A stretch of DNA of 63,012 nucleotides, counting the filler, from Octopus bimaculoides (lineage: Eukaryota): NCBI RefSeq assembly GCF_001194135.2. It is 6 parts of 5 records of this genome, joined end to end, with 100 filler letters (N's around TTAATTAATTAA, not from the genome) between each part and the next. Parts side by side here need not be neighbours in the genome. Positions count along the whole stretch, not along the records: positions 1 to 9,231 come from NC_068984.1; positions 9,332 to 14,725 come from NC_069009.1; 4 more parts are not named here. The stretch is one strand, 5' to 3'. The notes below the pieces were generated by a model. It was given only the letters and a program-made list of their open reading frames with translations. It had not been told where the DNA came from and did no database searches. Below are positions 1-12,100 of the stretch, piece by piece. A program made the position numbers and the translations under genes. Within the stretch, counting starts at the first letter, position 1; each line of letters opens with the position of its first letter.

Positions 1-492
1 TGTGTGTGTGTGTGTTTGTCCCCTCACCGTCGCTTGACAACCGATGATAGTGTGTTCACATCTCCGTAACTTAGCGGTTCGGCAAAAAGGTCCGATAGAA
101 TAAGTACTAGGCTTACAACGAATAAGTTCTGGGGTTGATTTGTTCGACTAAAGGCGGTGCTCCAGCAGGGCCGCAGTCAAATGACTGAAACAAATGAAAG
201 AAACCAAGTGTGGCGTCCTATACGGGACAGTGCTATATACATATATATATACACACACATACATGTGTGTATGTGTGCGTGTGTGTGTGAGTGTTTGTGT
301 TTGTCCCACACCAGCTCTTGACAACCGGCGTTGGTGAGTTTATGTTCCAATAACGTAGCCGTTCGGCAAAAAAGACCAATGGAATAAGTATTAGACATAA
401 AAGAAATAAGTCTTGCGGTTGATTCATTCGGCAAAATATTCTTCAAGGCGGTGACCCAGCATGGCCGCAGTCTAATGACTAAAACAAGTAAC
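1..492 (+). mobile_element. Two tandem 3' halves of SINE family A
   Basis: GTTTGTCCC..GCTTGACAACCG..GTAACTTAGCGGTTCGGCAAAA..CAGTCAAATGACTGAAACAA occurs twice (1-203 and about 270-492). Confidence 0.8.
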
Positions 493-712
493 AGATTGGA
501 GGCAAAGGTGACGATAAAATTAGTACCAGGGAAATCTTGGGGTCGATGTTATTGATAACATGCCCCTCCCTTCAAAATTATTGCTCTTTTACTTATGTTC
601 GGCACCGTACATTCTGAGTTCAAATCCCACTGTGGTTAATTGTAATCGAATATTAACCCTCCGTTCGAAACAAATGGCCTTGTGCCTGAATCAGAAACAA
701 TTATTGCCACTG

Positions 713-714
713 TG

Positions 715-784
<70 letters not shown>
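713..784 (+). repeat. (GTA)n microsatellite
   Basis: Direct reading of the sequence. Confidence 0.95.
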
Positions 785-1303
785 AGCAGCAGCAGCGACA
801 GTGCGGCGGCAGCATAGGCAGTGACAGCATATATGAATGTTGGATGCTGGATGCTGGATGTTGGATGCTGGAGGTTGGATGCTGGTGAAGTGACTTTGGT
901 GAAGGTTGGCCACTAACGGGTGAGAGTGTGAAATGGTGCCGAAGGAGCAACTTTAGTGAGAAATTAATGTGACAGGTCAAAAAGTCTTTATCTCTCCTCA
1001 TCAGCAGATTAAGCTCGGCAAAGAATAGCAGATGGAGGGATTAAGTAGAGGCGGGGTTGGCATGGAGTAGACAACGTTGCTTAAAACTCGGTTGAAAAGT
1101 GAAAGGGAACGTTAAAGTCAAGACCAGGTTTAAGGAAATGGCCCAGATTAAGACAACGCAAAAAAAAGAGAAAAGTGGAGAATTATAATTATACAGAAAA
1201 TAGACAAATATAATTACTTAGACAAAATAAAATTACTTTCGTATCTTAAATGTCGAAACGAAAACGATAATGTGTTGTCACAGTAAAATATGCTGGTTAT
1301 AAA

Positions 1304-1352
<49 letters not shown>

Positions 1353-1372
1353 TCTCTCTTTCTCTCTCTTTC

Positions 1373-1427
<55 letters not shown>

Positions 1428-1689
1428 CTATTTCTCACACACATACATGTATGTAGATAGGTAAGTTGATAGGGAGGTGTATATACATACAAATGGATAT
1501 GTGTGTATGTGCTTTAAACGCACACACATGCACACATAGATGCGTATGTATATCAAATATACATATACACGCTTGAGTATATATACCTACCTACAAACAT
1601 GTGTGTGTGTGTGTGTGTGTATAAATACATATATGTATGTAGTAAAGAATGTATGTCGAATACACACACACACACACACACATAAATGT

Positions 1690-2244
1690 ATATCGTAGTC
1701 GTGGCTGATGCCAGTGCCGTCTGACTGGCACCCGTGACGGTGGCACATAAGAAGCACCGTTCGAGCGTTGGGCCTCATGGAGGCAGTGACGTCAAGCCAA
1801 GTGAGGCCGCAGTCGTGGCCGACGCCAGTGTCGCGTAATTTGTCCGTTGAAAGCACTCTTCAGTCGTCGGGTGATATGCTGTGCTTGTGAAGAGCTGTAG
1901 AACCGAGTGAAACCGTAGTTGTGGCCGATGCAAGTGCAGTCTGACTAGCGATCGTACCAGTGGGTCATAAAAAGCACCTTTCGAGCGTTGGGCCTCATGG
2001 AGCAGTGACAGGTGACCAAGGCCTTTGGCGATATACCGTACTTGTGTAGATCTGTCAAGCCAAGTGGGACCATAGTCGAGGCCGATGCTGGTGTCAAGTC
2101 AATGGCACCCGTGCAGGTGACACGTAAAAAAACACCCAATATATTGTCGGAGTGGTTGGCATTAGGAAAGACATCCAACCGTAGAAACCTTGCCAGATCA
2201 GATGGGAACTTGGTGCAACTGCCACTGCTCTGCTGCTGCTGCTG

Positions 2245-2280
<36 letters not shown>

Positions 2281-2372
2281 ATAATAATAATAATAATAAT
2301 AATACCAGTTTTCAGTCAACCCATGTCAGCATGGAAAGCGGACATTAAATGATGATGATGATGATGATAATG
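1690..2372 (+). mobile_element. Degenerate RTE-related 3' UTR with internal sub-repeats and an embedded (CTA)n(TAA)n tract
   Basis: Repeated GTGGCCGATGCCAGTG-like and CGAGCGTTGGGCCTCATGGAG units; GGTTGGCATTAGGAAAGACATCC; ends CAGCATGGAAAGCGGACATTAAATGATGAT. Confidence 0.7.
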
Positions 2373-2426
2373 ATATATATATATATATATATATTTATAT
2401 GTGCGTGTGTGTGTGTTCGCGTTTAT

Positions 2427-2479
<53 letters not shown>

Positions 2480-3058
2480 TGTATATATGTATGCTTGAAT
2501 GAAATTGAGCTTATGAAAATAGCTGAGAGTGGCCAGTAGCATGTATTTGAACAACATAGACAGTGGATGTAAAGAACACTTTACCGCATTTAGCCGGTAA
2601 GCTAACAATATTTCGTTATTTGTGACAGTAGTACCATTAGTTCAAAATAGCAATAAGTACATCGTACCTATCGTTGAAAACCTGTCAAAGTGTAGTATTC
2701 GTCTCGATAAAACTTGTCTTATAAATATATAGTGTTAAAAAGCACAAAGATGTATCGGAAACGTAGAAAAATTTCTTAAACAGAAATCACAGGTTAGCTA
2801 AACCAATCACGGCTGATTTTCACCTGGCAGGCGTCGCTACTGGATATTTGCCACCAATGAAGCTCAGAGGAGCAGAAATACGCATTTAGCAATACCACCA
2901 CCGGTGCTGGACGATTTTCATCTGCTGCTGCTGGTATATATTTCCGTGTATTTTAAAGCTATATGCCTATAAGAGATACTTCTCCAAAACAAATACCGAA
3001 CTGTTTTTACGTATGAAATAGGGATTGATCCATACATACATACATACATACATACATA

Positions 3059-3225
3059 TCTGGATGGTTGTACATTTACAGATATTTAATATGTCGCATG
3101 TTTTTATAAGTTAGCGCTTGCATATAGTAGAAGCTCCAGCATCTGGAGGATCTACTATATGCAAGCGCTAATTTATAAAACATGTGACATATTAATAAAA
3201 ATCTGTAAATGTACAACCATCCAGA
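3059..3225. mobile_element. 167-bp palindromic MITE-like element flanked by TA
   Basis: TCTGGATGGTTGTACATTTACAGA...TCTGTAAATGTACAACCATCCAGA; pairing extends to the centre (CTCCAG cat CTGGAG). Confidence 0.8.
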
Positions 3226-3485
3226 TACCTGAGTACCTTATTATTATTTTTTTTTAATATGTAATTCCTGTACATCACCTCCAAACCTTCTAATATATAT
3301 ATATATATATATACATATANNNNNNNNNNNNNNNNNNNNNNNNNNNNNNNNNNNNNNNNNNNNNNNNNNNNNNNNNNNNNNNNNNNNNNNNNNNNNNNNN
3401 NNNNNNNNNNNNNNNNNNNNNNNNNNNNNNNNNNNNNNNNNNNNNNNNNNNNNNNNNNNNNNNNNNNNNNNNNNNNNNNNNNNNN

Positions 3486-3582
3486 TTTAGCCCCAGGAGG
3501 ACATCTCCTCCAGCTGGCTTATCGACACACTACTGTGTCCTGTCGATAAGCCAGCTGGAGGAGATGTCCTCCTGGGGCTAAA
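3486..3582. repeat. Perfect inverted repeat, 42-bp arms, 13-nt loop, beside a gap
   Basis: TTTAGCCCCAGGAGGACATCTCCTCCAGCTGGCTTATCGACA and its exact reverse complement at 3541-3582. Confidence 0.9.
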
Positions 3583-3680
3583 AGCAACAGTAACATCCAC
3601 CCCTAGGTGTCAGCCACACTTAAGTGGCAATATACTTCACTTTATCGTGCAGTTACTGTTAATACTTCATTTAGAGAATT

Positions 3681-3711
<31 letters not shown>

Positions 3712-4576
3712 GACGGGTTTCCTAAATTCTTTCACAAGACTCTAGTCAGTCTGGGGTTACTGTAGAAGACACTTGATCAAATAGCCGCGTAGTGGTACAG
3801 AAGCCGTTAACCAGACAGCCATCGCTGTTTGTCTAACATTAGATGAAACCATTTTTAACACTGCCCTGGAAGGTAACGAAAGAAATGTCTTCTTTTATTT
3901 TTGTACAATACCTGAGAGATGACGGTCATGTCTAAGTATTTTTTTAGATTTTCCTCCTTTGAAACAGACACGGTCAATCAATCACTGTCACGTTTGTCGA
4001 GATACAAATAGTAAAGGAAATTAGATGTGTTTCTCACCCTTGTATTAAATGAAATCATCATTTGGCCATGCATTCTCGGATTTCGTTTAAAATCTTTCCT
4101 TCGTTAATAACGTCCATAAATCCCAGGTGTGTAGACGTCAATGTTAATACAACTCGGGGGTCTTGGTTGATCCTCACCTTGACCTCACAGACGTTGCTCT
4201 ATCCAGCATCGTGGGAGCGTCACCGTTGGTCAGAGGATGATTCTGTCGTAGAGATCATGCTTGTAACCCTAGGCTATTTGGTTACCAGATAACTGTCAGG
4301 TTATGAAGCGCGAAAGAGCAACCTGTGCTTGATCTGAAATGGCTTGTTTCCTTGACACCCATGTCGAGAGAGCTTTCCTCTGTCCGCCGCCTGGGAAGAA
4401 CACCAGCTAGAAGGTCTCTATCCGGGAATACAAGCTAAATGACGATACAGAACTGCAGAGAGAGGTTTCCAAGTTCAATCGCTTGTTGGGGTATCAAAAT
4501 ATTAAAATATTAGCAGAATTGATAGAAAATGGAACAAAATACTTAAGTTATGACTCTTCAAATGTCGTATGTGTGT

Positions 4577-4632
<56 letters not shown>

Positions 4633-5589
4633 NNNNNNNNNNNNNNNNNNNNNNNNNNNNNNNNNNNNNNNNNNNNNNNNNNNNNNNNNNNNNNNNNNNN
4701 NNNNNNNNNNNNNNNNNNNNNNNNNNNNNNNNNNNNNNNNNNNNNNNNNNNNNNNNNNNNNNNNNNNNNNNNNNNNNNNNNNNNNNNNNNNNNNNNNNNN
4801 NNNNNNNNNNNNNNNNNNNNNNNNNNNNNNNNNNNNNNNNNNNNNNNNNNNNNNNNNNNNNNNNNNNNNNNNNNNNNNNNNNNNNNNNNNNNNNNNNNNN
4901 NNNNNNNNNNNNNNNNNNNNNNNNNNNNNNNNNNNNNNNNNNNNNNNNNNNNNNNNNNNNNNNNNNNNNNNNNNNNNNNNNNNNNNNNNNNNNNNNNNNN
5001 NNNNNNNNNNNNNNNNNNNNNNNNNNNNNNNNNNNNNNNNNNNNNNNNNNNNNNNNNNNNNNNNNNNNNNNNNNNNNNNNNNNNNNNNNNNNNNNNNNNN
5101 NNNNNNNNNNNNNNNNNNNNNNNNNNNNNNNNNNNNNNNNNNNNNNNNNNNNNNNNNNNNNNNNNNNNNNNNNNNNNNNNNNNNNNNNNNNNNNNNNNNN
5201 NNNNNNNNNNNNNNNNNNNNNNNNNNNNNNNNNNNNNNNNNNNNNNNNNNNNNNNNNNNNNNNNNNNNNNNNNNNNNNNNNNNNNNNNNNNNNNNNNNNN
5301 NNNNNNNNNNNNNNNNNNNNNNNNNNNNNNNNNNNNNNNNNNNNNNNNNNNNNNNNNNNNNNNNNNNNNNNNNNNNNNNNNNNNNNNNNNNNNNNNNNNN
5401 NNNNNNNNNNNNNNNNNNNNNNNNNNNNNNNNNNNNNNNNNNNNNNNNNNNNNNNNNNNNNNNNNNNNNNNNNNNNNNNNNNNNNNNNNNNNNNNNNNNN
5501 NNNNNNNNNNNNNNNNNNNNNNNNNNNNNNNNNNNNNNNNNNNNNNNNNNNNNNNNNNNNNNNNNNNNNNNNNNNNNNNNNNNNNNNNN

Positions 5590-6041
5590 ACTGCCCACAA
5601 GGGGCTAAACGTAGAGGGGACAAACAAGGACAGACAAAGAGATTAAGTCGATTACGTCGACTCCAGTGTGCAACTGGTACTTAATTTATCGACCTCGAAA
5701 GGATGAAAGGCAAAGTCGACCTCGGTGGAATTTGAACTCAGAACGAAAGGTCAGACAAAATACCGATAAAGATTTCGCCTGGTTTGCTAACGTTTCTGCC
5801 AGCTCGCCGCCTTTGAATAATAAATATTCTTTTCTACTCTATACACAAGGCCCGAAATTTTGTGGAAGGGAGCCAGTGGATTAGATCGACCACAGTACGC
5901 AACAGGTACTTAATTTATCGACCCCAAAAGGATGAAAGGCAAAGCCGACCTCGGCGGAATTTGAACTCAGAACGTAAAGACAGACTAAATACCGCTAAGC
6001 ATTTCGCCCGGCATGCTAACACTTCTGCCGGCTCACCGTCT
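5590..6041 (-). mobile_element. Two tandem tRNA-derived SINE family B copies with different 3' tails
   Basis: Sense head GGCGGCGAGCTGGCAGAAACGTTAGC, B-box-like GAGTTCAAATTCC, core GTCGACTTTGCCTTTCATCC..GGTCGATAAATTAAGTACC. Confidence 0.85.
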
Positions 6042-6459
6042 TGGCAACACGGTTAAGATTTAAAAGAAAATAAATGAAAAGAGGAAAGAAAGGAAAGGAA
6101 AGAAAAACGAAAGATGAATGTAGAGAAAAGGCGTGGCAGACACCGAAGAATAATGAAAGAGGCAGCTGTTTCGAGAGAGTAGAAGAATCCCATGACGTCC
6201 GTTAGATTGAAGAAAGTGAACAAAAGACTACATGAAGTGGTGTTTATCAAGTCAATACGTTTCTTTTGTGGCCAATGTTTTTGGTTGGATTTCCACCAGA
6301 CACTAAAATGTGTCGATCTGTCATTTGAGCTTTTAGCCTGACATTCAAGCATTATAGACTCCCTGCAGAGCCTTTCTTTCTTTCTTTCTTTCTTTCTCTC
6401 TCTCTCTTTCTCAGTCACACCAGAAATGTTTGTTTGTTCACTTCAAGGTGTTCTGGGCA

Positions 6460-6521
<62 letters not shown>

Positions 6522-6534
6522 TAATAACAACAGC

Positions 6535-6578
<44 letters not shown>

Positions 6579-7080
6579 GGATAATAATAAGGATAATAAT
6601 AATAATAATGATGATAATAATAATAATATAATANNNNNNNNNNNNNNNNNNNNNNNNNNNNNNNNNNNNNNNNNNNNNNNNNNNNNNNNNNNNNNNNNNN
6701 NNNNNNNNNNNNNNNNNNNNNNNNNNNNNNNNNNNNNNNNNNNNNNNNNNNNNNNNNNNNNNNNNNNNNNNNNNNNNNNNNNNNNNNNNNNNNNNNNNNN
6801 NNNNNNNNNNNNNNNNNNNNNNNNNNNNNNNNNNNNNNNNNNNNNNNNNNNNNNNNNNNNNNNNNNNNNNNNNNNNNNNNNNNNNNNNNNNNNNNNNNNN
6901 NNNNNNNNNNNNNNNNNNNNNNNNNNNNNNNNNNNNNNNAATAATGATGATGGAAATAATAATAATAATAATAATAATAATACTACTACTACTACTACTA
7001 ATAATAATAATAATAATAATAATGATGATGATGATGGAAATAATAATAATAATAATAATAATAATGATGATGATGATGGA

Positions 7081-7113
<33 letters not shown>

Positions 7114-7124
7114 ACTACTACTAC

Positions 7125-7157
<33 letters not shown>

Positions 7158-7170
7158 TGATGATAATGAT
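6460..7170 (+). repeat. (AAT)n/(GAT)n/(ACT)n compound microsatellite spanning a gap
   Basis: Direct reading of the sequence. Confidence 0.95.
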
Positions 7171-7821
7171 AAGGGTTTCAATACATGTTAAAAGCGTATG
7201 TGTGTGTGTGTGTGTGTGTGTGTACCTGTGTACGTGTGTGTGTGTGCCTGTATGACTAAGAATGGCTGTATAAAAATGCAAGAGTAATTTCGATTTGAAA
7301 GTGTATATTCGTACATGCGCGTGTGCGTGTGTTCCTGTGTGTATGTGCGTGTATGAGTTTATGTGTGTGTGCGTGATGAGAGAGAGAGAGAGAATGACAG
7401 AGATCGCAGTCGAATGTTTGGATATTTGTGTGAAAGCGTGTATTTACACAAAACACAATATGTGTGTGGCTACACTCATATGTATTTATATAAAACACAA
7501 TCAGAGAAATATATGCGGCACATTGGGCTAGGGTCTTCTACTATATCCTCAGGCCAACCAAAGCCTCGTGAGTGGACCTGGTAGACGGAAACTGAAAGAA
7601 ACCAATCGCATATAAATACACACACACAATGTATTAGATTAACGGTTTTTCATAGCTTCTGTTGCCATTTATAGCTGACGAGAATGTATCCTAACTCCGC
7701 GCTCAGGCATTCGTAACTCCGAGCAATATAATGACAAATTTTACGGTTTGTTCTAATTTATAACGTATATAATTATCCTCTATTTCTCTAATACCGAGGT
7801 CTCATTCTTTTGTTTGTTACA

Positions 7822-8301
7822 TATTATTATTATTATGTTGTTTCTTTTTTTTTTCTTCTTTCTTCAAATTTTCTTCCATTTCTCGCGGAGTGTTTTCTGT
7901 ACACCTAGGGCAAGAGAAACTCGTTGTATGCATTCCTAGTTTACACACGCAAATTCACAGGCAAAACATGTATTTAAAATAAATAAATAAATAAATAAAT
8001 TCATGAATGGTTGTTGTTTTCACAGCGATAATGCTCTTCTCAGTACATGAGTCGTTCCAGTTAACACGATTTTTTGCACTTCCTGTAGGGATGGTATCAA
8101 ATAGGTTTCATTACCTTTTTTTTATCATTCCTAGAGATCCTACAATCACTGGTACGGTAGTCGCCTTGATGTGCCACATTTTTTCAATTTCTATTAGCAA
8201 GTCTTTATATTTACTGATCTTGTCAAATTCTTTCGCCGTTATATTATGATCACAGGGAATACTCATGTCAATTAATAAACATGAAAACATAGGGGAGCCA
8301 C
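7822..8301 (-). mobile_element. 3' end of a restriction-like-endonuclease (R4/Dong-type) non-LTR retrotransposon with 3' UTR and (TAA)n tail
   Basis: CLLIDMSIPCDHNITAKEFDKISKYKDLLIEIEKMWHIKATTVPVIVGSLGMIKK, then after a frameshift PSLQEVQKIVLTGTTHVLRRALSL* (stop 8020-8022). TAA repeat at 7822-7836. Confidence 0.8.
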
Positions 8302-8688
8302 NNNNNNNNNNNNNNNNNNNNNNNNNNNNNNNNNNNNNNNNNNNNNNNNNNNNNNNNNNNNNNNNNNNNNNNNNNNNNNNNNNNNNNNNNNNNNNNNNNN
8401 NNNNNNNNNNNNNNNNNNNNNNNNNNNNNNNNNNNNNNNNNNNNNNNNNNNNNNNNNNNNNNNNNNNNNNNNNNNNNNNNNNNNNNNNNNNNNNNNNNNN
8501 NNNNNNNNNNNNNNNNNNNNNNNNNNNNNNNNNNNNNNNNNNNNNNNNNNNNNNNNNNNNNNNNNNNNNNNNNNNNNNNNNNNNNNNNNNNNNNNNNNNN
8601 NNNNNNNNNNNNNNNNNNNNNNNNNNNNNNNNNNNNNNNNNNNNNNNNNNNNNNNNNNNNNNNNNNNNNNNNNNNNNNNNNNNNNNNN

Positions 8689-9231
8689 GAGGTTTTCCTA
8701 GGTACTTCTCGCACTTTAGTGCTAGTTGGGGACTGGAACGCTGTCCTAGACGAACGTATCGATAGGGTGGGTGCGGGAGCATCTAATAGGAAAGGGGGAT
8801 GCAAGAGCCTTGCCAACCTGCTCAAACGCTTTCAGCTGTCCGAGAGGTATCGACTAGACAACCCGAATGTGCCAATGTGGACTTGGACTAATCGCATCGG
8901 GTCGTCTAGATCGTACTTAGATAGATTTTTCTGTAGGCCAGCGGATAAGGATAGCATAGGGTGTCCACAATTCAACATAGTCGGCTACACGGACCACAAA
9001 TTCGTAATCTGTACGGTCGACTTAGATAGGCTCCATAGACAAGGCCCCGGTTACTGGAAGCTAAACACGTCGACAACGGCGTGCAAAGCCTACAGAGACC
9101 GGATTAGTTTATTAGTTAAGAGGGCTTTAACCGGGGCAATCATCAACAACAACTGGTTGTTCGCCCTGAAGCGGGCAATTAGAGCAGAATCAATTAGGTT
9201 TAGTAAGGCTCTAGCTGTAGAGCGTAAGAAA
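8689..9231 (+). mobile_element. Tx1/L1-clade LINE ORF2 fragment (C-terminal half of APE endonuclease)
   Basis: Stop-free frame with LVLVGDWNAVLD, WTWTN..SRSYLDRFF, YTDHKFV and GPGYWKLNTS, which are L1/Tx1 APE motifs. Both ends are cut by gaps. Confidence 0.9.
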
Positions 9232-9331
9232 NNNNNNNNNNNNNNNNNNNNNNNNNNNNNNNNNNNNNNNNNNNNTTAATTAATTAANNNNNNNNNNNNN
9301 NNNNNNNNNNNNNNNNNNNNNNNNNNNNNNN
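9232..9331. other. Artificial scaffold linker (44 N + TTAATTAATTAA + 44 N)
   Basis: Exactly 100 bp; the 12-mer is palindromic with stop codons in all six frames. Confidence 0.97.
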
Positions 9332-9664
9332 CCAGTCGTTTCCAGTTGTGGGCCACTGGAATACTTCCCGCCTCATGTACGCCCGGAGCAGGGTCAATAG
9401 ACTGGCACCTGTCACAGCTGCTAACCACTCTCTGCACGCTCTTTTTGTAGCTTCAGCCCCAGCGCAGCTCCCCCCACCATCGACTCAGGCGGCTTCGCAA
9501 TCAGTCCGAACCTCTCCAGGTGTCTCACTACCTCGGTGGCTGGCACTACAGTCTCGTCAACCAAAATGTCGTCGATGTAGGAACTGGTGGCCTTCCTTAT
9601 CCTCTCCTCTTTCCCTAGGACGGACTTGAGCACCATCGCCATAATTTTCGAAGCGGAATTCAGT
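9332..9664 (-). mobile_element. Reverse transcriptase fragment, Gypsy/Ty3-like LTR retrotransposon
   Basis: LNSASKIMAMVLKSVLGKEERIRKATSSYIDDILVDETVVPATEVVRHLERFGLIAKPPE contains the YIDD catalytic motif and a (G)LNSAP-like motif. Clade assignment is from motif memory. Confidence 0.75.
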
Positions 9665-11488
9665 GGGACTGAACCCGGAACCATGTGGTTGGGAAGCAAG
9701 CTTCTTACTACACAGCCATGCCTATGCCTATATATATATACATATATATATATTAATCAAAGTATACAGTATTATATATCCATTTTGGCCGATCTTACGA
9801 ATTGGTTTTGCACTACGGATTCAACAGGATATTAGATAACTGCCAAATAATGTAACCTGGACTCATCAGAGGAGACCACAAGGTTACATAATTGGGCTGT
9901 TACCTAACACTCCATTGAAACCAATTGGTAAGATTGGCTGTAGTGGATATATAATATATCCACTCTTTGACAAATATATGCAAATTTATGTGTGCATATC
10001 TTTTCTGAATTATAGATTCTTAGATGGTGTGTGTGTGTGTGTGTATATAATGGGTGTCCACTTGTGAACAAGAAAGACCATCATTGACCATNNNNNNNNN
10101 NNNNNNNNNNNNNNNNNNNNNNNNNNNNNNNNNNNNNNNNNNNNNNNNNNNNNNNNNNNNNNNNNNNNNNNNNNNNNNNNNNNNTGTTTGGTTGGTTGGT
10201 TGGTTGTTTGGTTGGTTGGCTGGCTGGCTGGTTGATTGGTTGGTTCGTTGGCTGGTTGGTTGGCTGGCTGGCTGGTCAAATAGTTGACCGACCAACTGAC
10301 TGACCGACCAACCAACCAACCAACCAGCCAGCCAACCAAGGAAAACTGTGTTTTTATCTATCACTACTCTTGTCATCTCAATAATCACGTCTTTCTTGAA
10401 ATGTTAGTTGCCATGGTTACTGAAAGCCTGCTCATCAGAGGGGAAAAAATAGGATTGCTTTGAGACAGTGTGTGTGTGTGCATCACTGTGTTTGTATGTG
10501 TGTATATATATATATATACGTATGTGTGTGTATGTGTGTGGCATGTTTGTTTTTCTGTGCTTGTGTGTCACGTGTTTTTGTGCACGTGTGTGTCACGTGT
10601 TCATGTCCATGTGGGTTGTGCATGTTTGTGTGTATGTGTGTGCATGTTTGAGTATTGTGATGTGTTCATGTCTGTGTGTGTTAGTGTGTGTATGGTGTAT
10701 TCATATCTGTGTGTGTGCGTGTGCATGTATATGTGTGTTTGTGTATGGTGTATTTGTATGTCTGTGTATGTGTTTGTGTATATGTGTGTGTGTGTGATAT
10801 TTGTGTCTGAGTGTCTGTGATATTCGTGTGTGTGTGTNNNNNNNNNNNNNNNNNNNNNNNNNNNNNNNNNNNNNNNNNNNNNNNNNNNNNNNNNNNNNNN
10901 NNNNNNNNNNNNNNNNNNNNNNNNNNNNNNNNNNNNNNNNNNNNNNNNNNNNNNNNNNNNNNNNNNNNNNNNNNNNNNNNNNNNNNNNNNNNNNNNNNNN
11001 NNNNNNNNNNNNNNNNNNNNNNNNNNNNNNNNNNNNNNNNNNNNNNNNNNNNNNNNNNNNNNNNNNNNNNNNNNNNNNNNNNNNNNNNNNNNNNNNNNNN
11101 NNNNNNNNNNNNNNNNNNNNNNNNNNNNNNNNNNNNNNNNNNNNNNNNNNNNNNNNNNNNNNNNNNNNNNNNNNNNNNNNNNNNNNNNNNNNNNNNNNNN
11201 NNNNNNNNNNNNNNNNNNNNNNNNNNNNNNNNNNNNNNNNNNNNNNNNNNNNNNNNNNNNNNNNNNNNNNNNNNNNNNNNNNNNNNNNNNNNNNNNNNNN
11301 NNNNNNNNNNNNNNNNNNNNNNNNNNNNNNNNNNNNNNNNNNNNNNNNNNNNNNNNNNNNNNNNNNNNNNNNNNNNNNNNNNNNNNNNNNNNNNNNNNNN
11401 NNNNNNNNNNNNNNNNNNNNNNNNNNNNNNNNNNNNNNNNNNNNNNNNNNNNNNNNNNNNNNNNNNNNNNNNNNNNNNNNNNNNNNNN

Positions 11489-11528
<40 letters not shown>

Positions 11529-11549
11529 ATATATATATATATGTATATA

Positions 11550-12100
11550 TATATGTGTGGATGTCTGTTTGTCTCCACCAGTCTGGCAAAAGAGACCAAT
11601 AGAATAAGTAGTAGGCTTACAATTTGCTCAACTAAAGGTGGTGCTCCAGCATGGCCCCATCAAATGATTGAAACAAGTAAAATAATAAAAGCATATATAT
11701 ATATATATAATATAAAAGTATATATACAAATCGACCACAGTATCTATTTTTATATCTAGTACTTATTCTATCAGTCTGCTAATTTACAGGGATGTAAACA
11801 AACCAACATCAGTTGTCAAGTGTTGGTGGGGGATAAACTCAGAGACACACACACATAGATATATAATTTTATGTATGTAAGTATATAGCTATATGTGTGT
11901 GTGTATTTGTGTTTGTTCCCTGCTGCCACTTGACATCTGATGTTGGTTTGTTTACATCCCTGTAACTTAGCAGTTTGGCAAAAAGAGCCTGATAGAATAA
12001 GTACTGGATATATAAATAGATATTGTGGTCGATTTGTACAACTAAATCCAACAAGGTGGTGCTCCAGCTTGGCAGCAGTCCAATGACTGGGACCAGTGAG
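11550..12100. mobile_element. Cluster of family A SINE fragments in both orientations
   Basis: Plus 3' half about 11550-11690, minus fragment about 11750-11860, plus 3' half about 11900-12100. Confidence 0.65.

Noticed and set aside
880-1145. Possible Penelope N-terminal fragment on the minus strand
   Set aside because: Similarity too weak to support by eye.
6053-6418. 121-aa minus-strand ORF
   Set aside because: Both ends are simple repeats and the middle has no recognisable homology.
8689-9664. Endonuclease and RT side by side as one chimeric retroelement
   Set aside because: Opposite strands, different classes, and separated by an artificial linker.
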